Source of the DNA: a virus
Lineage: Duplodnaviria > Heunggongvirae > Uroviricota > Caudoviricetes
Length of the DNA: 22,541 nucleotides
Direction: 5' to 3' (one strand)
IMG/VR virus record: IMGVR_UViG_3300033463_000022
Location: 1 to 22,541 of that record
Part shown: one piece after another, positions 1 to 7,766 of the stretch
How positions within the stretch are numbered: the stretch's first letter is position 1
Layout: each line of letters begins with the position of its first letter
Made by a program: the position numbers and the translations under genes
The notes under the pieces: model-generated
Database searches by the model: none
What the model was told of the DNA's origin: nothing
The model's input: only the letters and a program-made list of their open reading frames with translations

Positions 1-183
1 CAAGACCCTGTTCCGCCTTGCGTGACCCGCGGGGCGCGGTAGAAATGCCGCGCCCCTTGCCTTTGTCGGCGTGTTAGCTAAGGCTAACCGCCCGGGCGCC
101 CGCAAATTTGTGCAAAATGCCAACTTGCTTTTCTTCTCTTGTTGTGGTAAGATTAAATTAACAAATGAGAGGAGCAATAACCT

Positions 184-825
184 ATGTATGCAATAATGCT
201 TGATACTGAAACTACGAACGACCTTGAGTCGCCCATGATGTACGATTGCGGCTTCGCCGTTATCGACTTAGAGAGCGGCGCGATTATCGAACGCCATTCC
301 TATGTCATCGCGGAAGTCTATTTGGACAAGGAGTTTATGTCTACTGCGTTTTTCGCAGACAAGATTCCTCAGTATGAAATGGACTTAAAGAACGGCACGC
401 GCCGACTTGTCCGTCTGTCCACCTGCAAGCGTATTCTCGCGAACACCGCGAAGAAGTACAACGCCGAGTATCTGGTAGCACACAACGCGCGTTTTGACTA
501 TCGGTCTACTAACGGCACACAACGCTACTTCACTTGTTCAAAGTATCGCTATTTTCTCCCCTACGGCATCAAGGTTGTCGATACCCTCAAAATGGCGCGA
601 ATTAAGTACAAGAAGGACGAAAAATACGGGGAATTTTGCTACAATAACAACTTTCTCACCGCCCGCGGTCAGCGTCGCTATACTGCCGAAATTCTCTATC
701 GTTTCTTAACAAATGACCTTGATTTTGTCGAGGAACACACGGGGCTTGAAGATGCAGAAATCGAGGCGCAGATTCTGATGGACTGCCTCAAGTCTATGTC
801 TATCGAGGACGGCGTGCTGTGGTAA
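184..825 (+). CDS. DEDDh 3'-5' exonuclease (DnaQ/RNase T-like)
   Basis: ExoI 'MLDTET', ExoII 'AHNARFD' and ExoIII 'HTGLEDA' motifs; RBS GAGAGGAG upstream; TAA stop. Confidence 0.85.
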   Translation: MYAIMLDTETTNDLESPMMYDCGFAVIDLESGAIIERHSYVIAEVYLDKEFMSTAFFADKIPQYEMDLKNGTRRLVRLSTCKRILANTAKKYNAEYLVAHNARFDYRSTNGTQRYFTCSKYRYFLPYGIKVVDTLKMARIKYKKDEKYGEFCYNNNFLTARGQRRYTAEILYRFLTNDLDFVEEHTGLEDAEIEAQILMDCLKSMSIEDGVLW

Positions 826-952
826 TGGAATGGCCGAGGGGCGAAAAACCTCTCGGTCTATCCGCCCGGGCGCAAGTTTGTGCAATTTGACTATTGACTT
901 TCTAATATTTTCGTGTTATACTATGGGCACAATAAAGGAAGGAGAGAGAAAC

Positions 953-1192
953 ATGATGCCTGTCATTCCCAAAGAAACAATTGCTTCCTATTCTGATGCC
1001 GAAATCAGAGACTTAATTGAGATGTTGCAGAGGGAGCAGCGTGACCGCGTTCGTCGCGAAGACCGCAAAGCTGTCGAGGAGTTTCGGGAGGCGGCGAAAA
1101 ACTTTTTCGCGCGGAACATCCCTTGCTACATCGTCTATCATGACGAGTTTATCTATCTCGATGCCGAAGATTTGCATTTTGAGGTAGAGTAA
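953..1192 (+). CDS. Hypothetical protein, 79 aa
   Basis: AAGGAAGGAG RBS before ATG 953; own promoter; the longer 830 start in the ORF track runs through promoter DNA. Confidence 0.7.
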   Translation: MMPVIPKETIASYSDAEIRDLIEMLQREQRDRVRREDRKAVEEFREAAKNFFARNIPCYIVYHDEFIYLDAEDLHFEVE

Positions 1193-1210
1193 AGGGCCTC
1201 CCCTTTACTC
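1187..1210 (+). terminator. Hairpin GAGTAAAGGG-cctc-CCCTTTACTC containing the stop codon
   Basis: 10-bp perfect stem; near-identical copy at 5184-5207 and a related one at 3065-3086; no U-tract, so terminator function is uncertain. Confidence 0.5.
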
Positions 1211-1311
1211 CGCCCGGGCGCCGATTTGTGCAACTTGACGAAGAAAAAACTCTTGACTTCTATCTCTTGATGTGTTATTATAAGAGTACAAAAGGAAAGG
1301 AGATAAAACCT

Positions 1312-1485
1312 ATGAGCCTGAAACATGAGTGTGCCTGCGACCTCGACGGTGTGTGCCCCTATGATGCGGAGTATATCGGCGACTGCGAGTACTGGTGCGG
1401 CGAGGATGAACCGATCGACGTGCCCGCCTATGACGAGGACTGCGGCTTCGACCCCTACATGGGCTGTTATACGGACGACTGCTGA
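1312..1485 (+). CDS. Small acidic Cys-rich protein, 57 aa
   Basis: GGAAAGGAG RBS; ATG 1312; many Cys, Asp and Glu residues. Confidence 0.65.
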   Translation: MSLKHECACDLDGVCPYDAEYIGDCEYWCGEDEPIDVPAYDEDCGFDPYMGCYTDDC

Positions 1486-1499
1486 AGGAGGACTAAAGC

Positions 1500-1691
1500 A
1501 TGAATTACACTGTGCGTAACATGCTCAAGGTAATCAACGTTCTTGTTGACGCTGGCTATCTTACGAAGTCCCGCCTCGGTGTCTATACAGACATGATGAT
1601 AATGCAAATGATGCACGACGAAGGGTGCAACCGTCCGTTTGAGTGCGTGCGGGCTGACCTGTTCGCAGCTGTGGCGGAAGGTAGGGTGTAA
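1500..1691 (+). CDS. Hypothetical protein, 63 aa
   Basis: AAGGAGG RBS; TAA lies inside the downstream hairpin. Confidence 0.7.
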   Translation: MNYTVRNMLKVINVLVDAGYLTKSRLGVYTDMMIMQMMHDEGCNRPFECVRADLFAAVAEGRV

Positions 1692-1879
1692 GCCCTACCT
1701 AACTCGCCCGGGCGGCCGGCAAAATGCACAAAAACCTGGCGTTATGTAAACTGAAATTTGTGCATTTTGCCTATTGCAATCCTTAGAAAATTAGTTTATA
1801 ATAAGTATGTAAGGTTGAGGGAGACAAGAGAGGTCAGACAGTAGGAGCTAACGCTCACGAAAAAAATCTGAAAAACCTC

Positions 1880-1908
1880 TTGACAAACTCCAAAACCTGT
1901 GCTATAAT
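1880..1908 (+). promoter_or_regulatory. Sigma70-type promoter
   Basis: TTGACA (1880)-17 nt-TATAAT (1903). Confidence 0.8.
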
Positions 1909-1956
1909 AAATCCAGAAAGTCAAGGACAGACTAAAAAACCAGAAAGGAAGTATCT

Positions 1957-2346
1957 ATGGAAAAGACTAATCGTGTTACTAAGGCTCAGCGCTTCGAGGA
2001 CATTGTCGCTCTGCTCAACGGCAACGAGGCGAAGTACGGCACTACTGTTGCGGACGCCGAGGCGTTCATCGCTCACGAGGTCGAACTGCTCACGCGCAAG
2101 AACGCCTCTGTGGACAAGCGCAAGGCGGAAGCTGACGCGCAGAACGCCACCTACAAGGCGCTCATCGTGGACTTCCTCGCAGGTGTCGAGGGTGACGGCA
2201 TGACTTGCACTGACATTGGCAAGTCTATCCCCCAGCTCGCGGACTTCAACACCTCGAAGATGTCCTCGCTGTGCAACTCGCTTGTCAAGGACGGCTCGGT
2301 CGTTAAGGCGACTGTTAAGGGCAAGACCCTGTTCAAGCTCGCGTGA
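1957..2346 (+). CDS. Putative winged-helix DNA-binding protein, paralog of 14167..14583
   Basis: RBS GAAAGGAAG; C-terminal HTH/wing-like pattern 'TCTDIGKSIP...SKMSSLCNSLVKDGSVVK...LFKLA'. Confidence 0.65.
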   Translation: MEKTNRVTKAQRFEDIVALLNGNEAKYGTTVADAEAFIAHEVELLTRKNASVDKRKAEADAQNATYKALIVDFLAGVEGDGMTCTDIGKSIPQLADFNTSKMSSLCNSLVKDGSVVKATVKGKTLFKLA

Positions 2347-2593
2347 GCGACTGACCCAAAAGGGCGGTAGACGATAAGTCTATCGCCCTTTAATCTATGG
2401 CGCGGAATAGACTTAGAGGTTTTGCCATAATCTATAAGTCTATTCCGCGTCTCTTTAACACTTTAAAGCGCGACGCGCCCGGGCGCCCGTCATTCTGCAC
2501 TAACGGGCGGCCGCAAGTTTGTTTAATTGGTCAATAGATTTTTCTCTCTTGATGTAGTATCATTAGAGTACAAAAAGAAAGGAGATACAAACC

Positions 2594-2818
2594 ATGGAAC
2601 TTGAAATTACCACCTCTATCTACATTAACCTCGACTACATCATCGAATACTACAATATCGTCCGCAACACCCCCACCGAGGATATTTCCAATGCTGTTCG
2701 GCATTATGTCGACGGTCTGGACGACTCCGAATACTATCTGATTGGGGACGAGGAGAAGAAGAAAATCGTCGAGGGTATCAAGACGAAAGTCGATGCTCAA
2801 ATGTCGCTGTTCGACTGA
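2594..2818 (+). CDS. Hypothetical acidic protein, 74 aa
   Basis: AAAGGAG RBS; own promoter. Confidence 0.7.
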   Translation: MELEITTSIYINLDYIIEYYNIVRNTPTEDISNAVRHYVDGLDDSEYYLIGDEEKKKIVEGIKTKVDAQMSLFD

Positions 2819-2833
2819 AAGGAGATACAAACT

Positions 2834-3061
2834 ATGCAAATCGTGAACAAGAGCATCGTAGAGCCTATTGATTTCGACGAGCTGAATATTGGCGACGTAT
2901 TCAGAGAGGCAGATGGGTCGGTCATTTATCTTCGCCTCGATTCTTTTGAAACTGACAGTCACGACTATTTTGACGCCGTGAACCTTTACACCATGGAATA
3001 CATCACCTTTTCTAATAGTGACAGAGTTATAAGGCTCAACGCCGAGCTGGTTATCTCCTAA
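2834..3061 (+). CDS. Hypothetical protein, 75 aa, paralog of 4983..5189
   Basis: AAAGGAG RBS; shared GDVF / IY / AV(N/D)L motifs. Confidence 0.7.
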   Translation: MQIVNKSIVEPIDFDELNIGDVFREADGSVIYLRLDSFETDSHDYFDAVNLYTMEYITFSNSDRVIRLNAELVIS

Positions 3062-3147
3062 GCGGGTAAAGGGGAAACCCTTTACCTTGCCCGGGCGGTT
3101 CGTCAAAATGCACAAAGATCGGTAAAAATTTTTGTATAAAATGTCAA

Positions 3148-3176
3148 TTGACAATCGGTTAAAAATGTGTTATAAT
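3148..3176 (+). promoter_or_regulatory. Consensus sigma70 promoter with no ORF directly downstream
   Basis: TTGACA (3148)-17 nt with TG-TATAAT (3171). Confidence 0.75.
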
Positions 3177-3345
3177 TATAATAGAAAATAAAAAGCTCTT
3201 CCTCTCATTTTTAGATACCAGGAACATCACTGTAGTTAGCTGTAGCAAACGAAAAGTAGTAAAAATAATTCTCTACCAATCCGAAAATTTTTCTTGACAA
3301 AAAGCTTGTAGTGTGGTACAATAAGAGCATGAAAGGGGGAACGAC

Positions 3346-3744
3346 ATGAGCAAAGAGACTGAGCAGATTGCGCGCATTATGAGCGGGCTTGGCTGTACGG
3401 AAGCGGAAGCGCGGGAGATTTACGAGTATGACCGCGCGGTAGACAAGGGCGAAAAGAATCTGGACTACGACCTAACCGTAGAACAGCAAAAGGTAGCCGC
3501 GAAAATGACGCGCACTGGCACGCGCAAGATGAAGGAAACTGGCTTGCGCCTTACGAAGCGTGAACGCAAGCCGAACGAGCTGAAAGGTGCGATTATCGCC
3601 GCTTTTGCAACTTTTCTGGCTCAAACGGACGAGTTTTCCGCAGAAAATGTGGAAATCACGAACAAAGAGCGTGTAATCGTGTTTGATTGTGGCGGTGAAA
3701 AGTTCGAGCTGACCCTCACGCAGAAACGCAAGCCCAAAAACTAA
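3346..3744 (+). CDS. Hypothetical protein, 132 aa
   Basis: Promoter TTGACA 3294/TACAAT 3317; AAAGGGGG RBS; hairpin after the stop. Confidence 0.75.
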   Translation: MSKETEQIARIMSGLGCTEAEAREIYEYDRAVDKGEKNLDYDLTVEQQKVAAKMTRTGTRKMKETGLRLTKRERKPNELKGAIIAAFATFLAQTDEFSAENVEITNKERVIVFDCGGEKFELTLTQKRKPKN

Positions 3745-3939
3745 ACAAAAGCAAGGAAAAACGCGGAGAAATTCGCGTTTTCCCGCCGTTTTTGCAACAA
3801 AAGGAAGAAGTTTACATAACTCGCGGCCCGGGCGATTGGTAGTTTCTACAAACCATGATGAAAAGATTTGTGCATCTTGAATACTTGACTTTGAAGTATG
3901 ATGTGCTATAATAAGAGCATGAAAGAGAGGTAAGTAGAA

Positions 3940-4236
3940 ATGATTAAATACCTGTATCGTGAACACAAAGGCTATGCTTTCCGCGTGTGCCTGGAAGATG
4001 GACGGGATTCCATTCTCGGCTCGTATGTCACCATCGAAATCCAAGAAGCAAAACCCGCTCCCCGTAACAGATTAGATGCCTTTATTCAATGTTGGACGGT
4101 GAAATCCTATACGCATGGAACATGGTATTCTTTTAAGAAGTATCCACTGGAACAAACGATAAAGAATCTGCTTGATTATGTAGTCAGCACTTTTGACGAT
4201 GAAATCCGATTTGTTAAGGAATGGGGTGAGATATAA
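3940..4236 (+). CDS. Hypothetical protein, 98 aa
   Basis: TTGACT-17-TATAAT promoter and GAGAGG RBS upstream. Confidence 0.7.
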   Translation: MIKYLYREHKGYAFRVCLEDGRDSILGSYVTIEIQEAKPAPRNRLDAFIQCWTVKSYTHGTWYSFKKYPLEQTIKNLLDYVVSTFDDEIRFVKEWGEI

Positions 4237-4368
4237 TGTGCGGCCGGGCGTGGTCAAAGTGCACAAAAGAGCTTCAAGCGGGCGGCCGCAAGTTTGTTTA
4301 TTCTGCCTATTGCTTTTTACCTCTTGATGTAGTATCATAAGAGTACAAAAAGAAAGGAGATAACACCT

Positions 4369-4560
4369 ATGAAATTCTTTGTCTGGCGTGCTTCCGATTG
4401 GACGGAAAGTGTTGTTGAAGTCAACACCCTTGAAGAGCTGAAAAAGTTTCAAAAAGATTGCGGTGTTCCGCTTGTGGTCAATTTCGACTATCATAGTCTC
4501 ACTTTCCCTAACGAGGGACTCATTAATGAGATTATTATTTACGATGACTACATCGAATAA
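4369..4560 (+). CDS. Small phage hypothetical protein ending in IIIYDDYIE
   Basis: AAAGGAG RBS; same leader (AGAGTACAAAAAGAAAGGAGATA) as the 2594 gene. Confidence 0.75.
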   Translation: MKFFVWRASDWTESVVEVNTLEELKKFQKDCGVPLVVNFDYHSLTFPNEGLINEIIIYDDYIE

Positions 4561-4577
4561 AAGGAGGCAAGGTTATT

Positions 4578-4661
4578 ATGTTTGACGCTTTCGCTATCGC
4601 GTTCTGGTGGCTTGCGGCGGTCGCAGGTCTTGAGGGATACAGAGCTTGGAAAGAGAGGTAA
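4578..4661 (+). CDS. 27-aa hydrophobic miniprotein
   Basis: AAGGAGG RBS; fills the gap between two genes; MFDAFAIAFWWLAAVAGLEGYRAWKER. Confidence 0.5.
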   Translation: MFDAFAIAFWWLAAVAGLEGYRAWKER

Positions 4662-4667
4662 AAAGAT

Positions 4668-4865
4668 ATGAAAGATAGAACCTTCAAACTCGGACAGAAA
4701 ATCTATGTCCCTTTTGAGGGCGAAAGCCCCTTTGAAATTGGGGAGCGCGTCCTTCTTGGCGAGAAATATTATTGCGAGTTAAAAGACATTGCTCTCGGCG
4801 TGCTGGGCGAATATCTTGTGATGACTGTCGTGGGCATTGTTGACTTCGAGGGGGCGTTAATATGA
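4668..4865 (+). CDS. Hypothetical protein, 65 aa
   Basis: GAGAGG RBS; TGA overlaps the next ATG. Confidence 0.65.
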   Translation: MKDRTFKLGQKIYVPFEGESPFEIGERVLLGEKYYCELKDIALGVLGEYLVMTVVGIVDFEGALI

Positions 4866-4993
4866 TTGACTGCCCGACGAACGATTTTCTTTGCCCCTAC
4901 TGTGACGCCTACGGCAACTGCCAACTGGACAACCCCGCCGAAGAGTGCGACGACTATTATGCTGTGATGGGAGATGAAGACGATGAAAGTTGA
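4862..4993 (+). CDS. 43-aa Cys-rich acidic miniprotein
   Basis: ATGA overlap with the upstream stop; five Cys; not in the ORF track (<60 aa). Confidence 0.6.
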   Translation: MIDCPTNDFLCPYCDAYGNCQLDNPAEECDDYYAVMGDEDDES

Positions 4994-5189
4994 ATACCAC
5001 TCTTCTGCAAAAGTGTGCTTTAGTGCGCTGACGCGTGGTGATGTGTTCGCCTTTGAGGATTGTATCTACATGAAAATGGGCGACGTTTGCGGCTATAATG
5101 CCGTCGATCTTGACAACGGCTCGGTTGACGCCATTGATAACGACGAGCTTGTCCGTGTCGTCGAAGCCAAGGTAGTGTGCGAAGAGTAA
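4983..5189 (+). CDS. Hypothetical protein, 68 aa, paralog of 2834..3061
   Basis: GGGAG RBS is better spaced for ATG 4983 than for 4974. Confidence 0.7.
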   Translation: MKVEYHSSAKVCFSALTRGDVFAFEDCIYMKMGDVCGYNAVDLDNGSVDAIDNDELVRVVEAKVVCEE

Positions 5190-5656
5190 AGGGCTTGCCC
5201 TTTACTCGCCCGGGAGAGTCTCGCCGGCCCGAGCGCGAGCGCGACAGGCCGTTTTTCCCCCTCCAGCATCCATATGCAAAATTCTACCTCAATCTAGCCC
5301 ATATGGCCCCTTTCCTCTAAAATCCCATAATAGGCATTTTCGCCACGATATAACCAATTTTATCTCGTTCTTACTTCTTACCCATTTGACTGGTTTTGAT
5401 TAGGCTGTAGCTAGCATGGAATTAGCTGGTGCTAGGACAAACAAGAGCGAGAGATTTTTCCTGTGGCCGACCGGAAGTCTGGCCTGACGATCGGTGGCCG
5501 CCGCATATGCAGGGCTTGACATAATATATAAAATATGTTATAATATAAAAAAAGAAACCAACGCCGGTCGGTACTGGCTTACAGATTTATTTTACATAGC
5601 ATAAAAAATATTATATAATATATATAGAACAATAGAAAGGAAGCTGATATCATCAT

Positions 5657-6130
5657 ATGAATATTGACAACTACATAGAGTCTCTTCTTAACTCGGGCAT
5701 GAGTATTGATACCATTGGCCGAGAGCTGAGTTGTGCCCTTAACCGCAAGCAAAAAGAAATCGACGAGAAGGAGAAGCAGGCTCGTGCAATGGAGAAGCAT
5801 CGCGAAGGTCTCATTGATAATATCTTCGCGGCTGTGGATACCAACCACTTCGATTATAAGACTGCGGCATCGGCTGCCACATTGGCACTCATAGACGACG
5901 AATTCATCACTGATACGGCGACTGCCGAGGATTTCTTCACCTATATCTTGAATATCTTCAGGATTCAGCCGGGCGGGGTCAGCTCTGCGAAGGAAAAGGT
6001 GGCAGCTAATCTGAAGCATGAGATGCCCAACAAGAGCAAAGAAGAAAAGAAGGCAGAAACCCCGCTGGGTAAGTATGACGAAGACGTGAAAAAGATTGGT
6101 GAGTTCTTGCGGGCGCTCGGTCTGATGTGA
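5657..6130 (+). CDS. Hypothetical protein, 157 aa, with N-terminal coiled coil
   Basis: TTTACA-17-TATAAT promoter; GAAAGGAAG RBS; terminator hairpin at about 6144-6175. Confidence 0.75.
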   Translation: MNIDNYIESLLNSGMSIDTIGRELSCALNRKQKEIDEKEKQARAMEKHREGLIDNIFAAVDTNHFDYKTAASAATLALIDDEFITDTATAEDFFTYILNIFRIQPGGVSSAKEKVAANLKHEMPNKSKEEKKAETPLGKYDEDVKKIGEFLRALGLM

Positions 6131-6142
6131 CTACTAAGCGAG

Positions 6143-6178
6143 AAAAGAGGTGGCGTAAAAGCTACCTCTTTATTTTTA
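6143..6178 (+). terminator. Rho-independent terminator
   Basis: AAAGAGGTGGC-gtaaaa-GCTACCTCTTT followed by a T-rich run. Confidence 0.7.
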
Positions 6179-6353
6179 TATGGAGAGGGAGACGGTAAGG
6201 GCGGATGGAGGAGGACATAAGGTGGGGCCGACCGGCACCCACCTTCCTCAATCTTCTTCCAATTCCTTCCAATTCCCTTCAGTTTCTTCAATCTCTCCCT
6301 ATTCTCTCCAACTTCCATTCTCACTCTCGCTTTCCTCTCCCCTCTGCCCCTTC

Positions 6354-6746
6354 TCATAAACACTATAAAGGAGTTACAAGAGGTAGTTTAGCCATTTCCT
6401 CCACTATTGCCTCTAACCTCTCTCGATATTCTAATTTCTTTCGTTCTTCCTTTATCTTTTCAATATCAACCGACTTACAATTTCTTTCTATCCACCCTAC
6501 TACTTCATCAAAGTTGTCTACTACCATCTATATTGCCTTTATTTGATTCTCAAAAGTTTCGTCATAAGTCTTTTCCACCAAGAATAAATAAAGTGGTTCT
6601 CCACTCTCTTCTCCAAAGTATTCCTTACAGAGCCCTATTAAAATCTTATCATCTCTATCAGCTATACTACCATCTGCTATACCTAGCTCCTTTGCACTAT
6701 CAAGAAAGCTAACTATTGAGATGGCTTTTTCTTCTATCATTTTCAT
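6354..6746 (-). CDS. Hypothetical 130-aa protein if TAG is sense (in-frame TAG at 6528-6530 and 6363-6365)
   Basis: The code-11 ORF stops at TAG 6528, but the frame continues MVVDNFDEVVGW...KLPLVTPL(TAG)CL to TGA 6354. It could instead be two coupled genes, because ATG follows the first TAG. Confidence 0.55.
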
Positions 6747-6822
6747 TTCAGTTTCCTTTAACCTTTCTTTTCACTTTTTCAAATCATTTCTTGCTACCTC
6801 TACTTCGAGCAGCGCCCAGGAA

Positions 6823-6860
6823 GGCTAACGCGCCCGAGCTTGCGAGGGCAGGCGTTAGCC
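6823..6860. other. GC-rich inverted repeat next to the iteron-like array
   Basis: GGCTAACGC...GCGTTAGCC 9-bp arms. Confidence 0.6.
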
Positions 6861-6869
6861 TGACTAGAA

Positions 6870-7180
6870 TTCCAATGGAATTGGAATCTCCTTTTCTTTT
6901 TTGCTTTGTCCAATTCCAGGAAGCGCGATTTCCAGAACTTTCCAATAGATTCCATTAGAAATCATAAGTATTTCCATTGGAATCCTTTACTTTTCCAGAA
7001 CTTTCCATTGGAATTCCATTGGATTCCAGACTCTTTTCCAATAACTTTCCATTAGATTCCATTGGAATTCCAACATTTTCCACCAACTTTTCATTGGAAA
7101 CTTTTGGATTTTCCAATGAAATTTTCTTAGAAAAATCTGGTTTTCCTTTAGAATCCACTGGAATTCCATTAGATTTCCAG
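6870..7180. repeat. Iteron-like array of quasi-palindromic TTCCA(A/T)TGGAA and degenerate copies; candidate replication origin
   Basis: Full copies at 6870, 6972, 7003, 7057; many degenerate copies (TTCCATTAGA, TTTCCAGAAC, TTCCAGATGGAA); the array continues past the stop codon into intergenic DNA. Confidence 0.7.
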
Positions 7181-7572
7181 ATGGAAATCCGATTTAACCA
7201 ATCCTTATCTTTATATAACCACCCTGGATCCGCACCAGGTCCCTCAATATAAGCTGCAATCTCTCCGGCAGAAGCGCATCCATTCAATAAAGCCTCTTTT
7301 ATGCGGGAGTGATCATGTGCTATATTCTTACTTCCTCCATGAGCTCCTTTAGCAGCACACTCAGCGCTAATCTCCCCACCTTTATCAATCACTCTAAAGG
7401 CATTCTTATACCAAGCCTGCTCCTTCTTAGGAACATCATCTAAATTATCATCACCATAAATACCATAATTAATCAATTTCCAAACAGCAAAATTCTTATC
7501 TTCCTGTTCCCAGTCTTCCATATCATCAAGCCAGGATTCCATAAATCTAAAAAATCTTAACTTCTCAGCCAT
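6955..7572 (-). CDS. Putative replication initiator / replisome-organiser-like protein (DUF6291-like N-terminus)
   Basis: GGAGG RBS before ATG 7572 (MAEKLRFFRFMESWLDD...LINYGIYG); repetitive SNGIP C-terminus encoded by the repeat array. Confidence 0.55.
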   Translation of the reverse strand: MAEKLRFFRFMESWLDDMEDWEQEDKNFAVWKLINYGIYGDDNLDDVPKKEQAWYKNAFRVIDKGGEISAECAAKGAHGGSKNIAHDHSRIKEALLNGCASAGEIAAYIEGPGADPGWLYKDKDWLNRISIWKSNGIPVDSKGKPDFSKKISLENPKVSNEKLVENVGIPMESNGKLLEKSLESNGIPMESSGKVKDSNGNTYDF

Positions 7573-7747
7573 TTGCCATTCCTCCCAACACAAGGCTTAA
7601 ATCTTGTTGAAATTCAGGCGTTGCCTCAAATACCCAACACATTAATCGAGGTTTGGTAGGATTAGGCATAGTTGCAATAGGGTTATACCCCATTGTCATC
7701 AACTAAGTAGCTACTTTCAAAGAATAGATAATCTTTGTAGTTTGCAT
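7565..7747 (-). CDS. DUF5659-like small protein, 60 aa, with in-frame TAG at codon 15
   Basis: GAAAGGA RBS; MQTTKIIYSLKVAT(TAG)LMTMGYNPIATMPNPTKPRLMCWVFEATPEFQQDL; its TGA overlaps the start of the next gene. Confidence 0.7.
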
Positions 7748-7766
7748 TTTGTTATTAGTCCTTTCT

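Larger units (their letters stand above)
72..5216. repeat. Dispersed 10-bp palindrome CGCCCGGGCG at cassette junctions
   Basis: Perfect copies at 89, 863, 1211, 1705, 2476; one-mismatch copies at 3088, 3825, 4241, 5207. Each is intergenic, most follow a hairpin, and most precede TTTGTGCA/TGCACAAA and a promoter. Confidence 0.9.

Noticed and set aside
2531-4494. Long minus-strand ORFs 2531..3154, 3472..4044, 4072..4494
   Set aside because: Antisense to well-supported plus-strand cassettes, crossing promoters and hairpins; no RBS
1-5216. Integron with attC sites
   Set aside because: No integrase gene and no GTTRRRY/RYYYAAC core sites; the cassettes carry their own promoters, unlike typical integron cassettes
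5965-6712. Track ORFs 5965..6363(-), 6205..6546(+), 6407..6712(+), and similarly 6716..6958, 6977..7252, 6987..7169, 7809..8141
   Set aside because: Low-complexity products of skewed or repeat DNA, or antisense shadows of the real minus-strand genes; no RBS
6870-7200. CRISPR array
   Set aside because: Repeats are 11 bp, degenerate and irregularly spaced, with no unique spacers of about 30 nt and no cas genes
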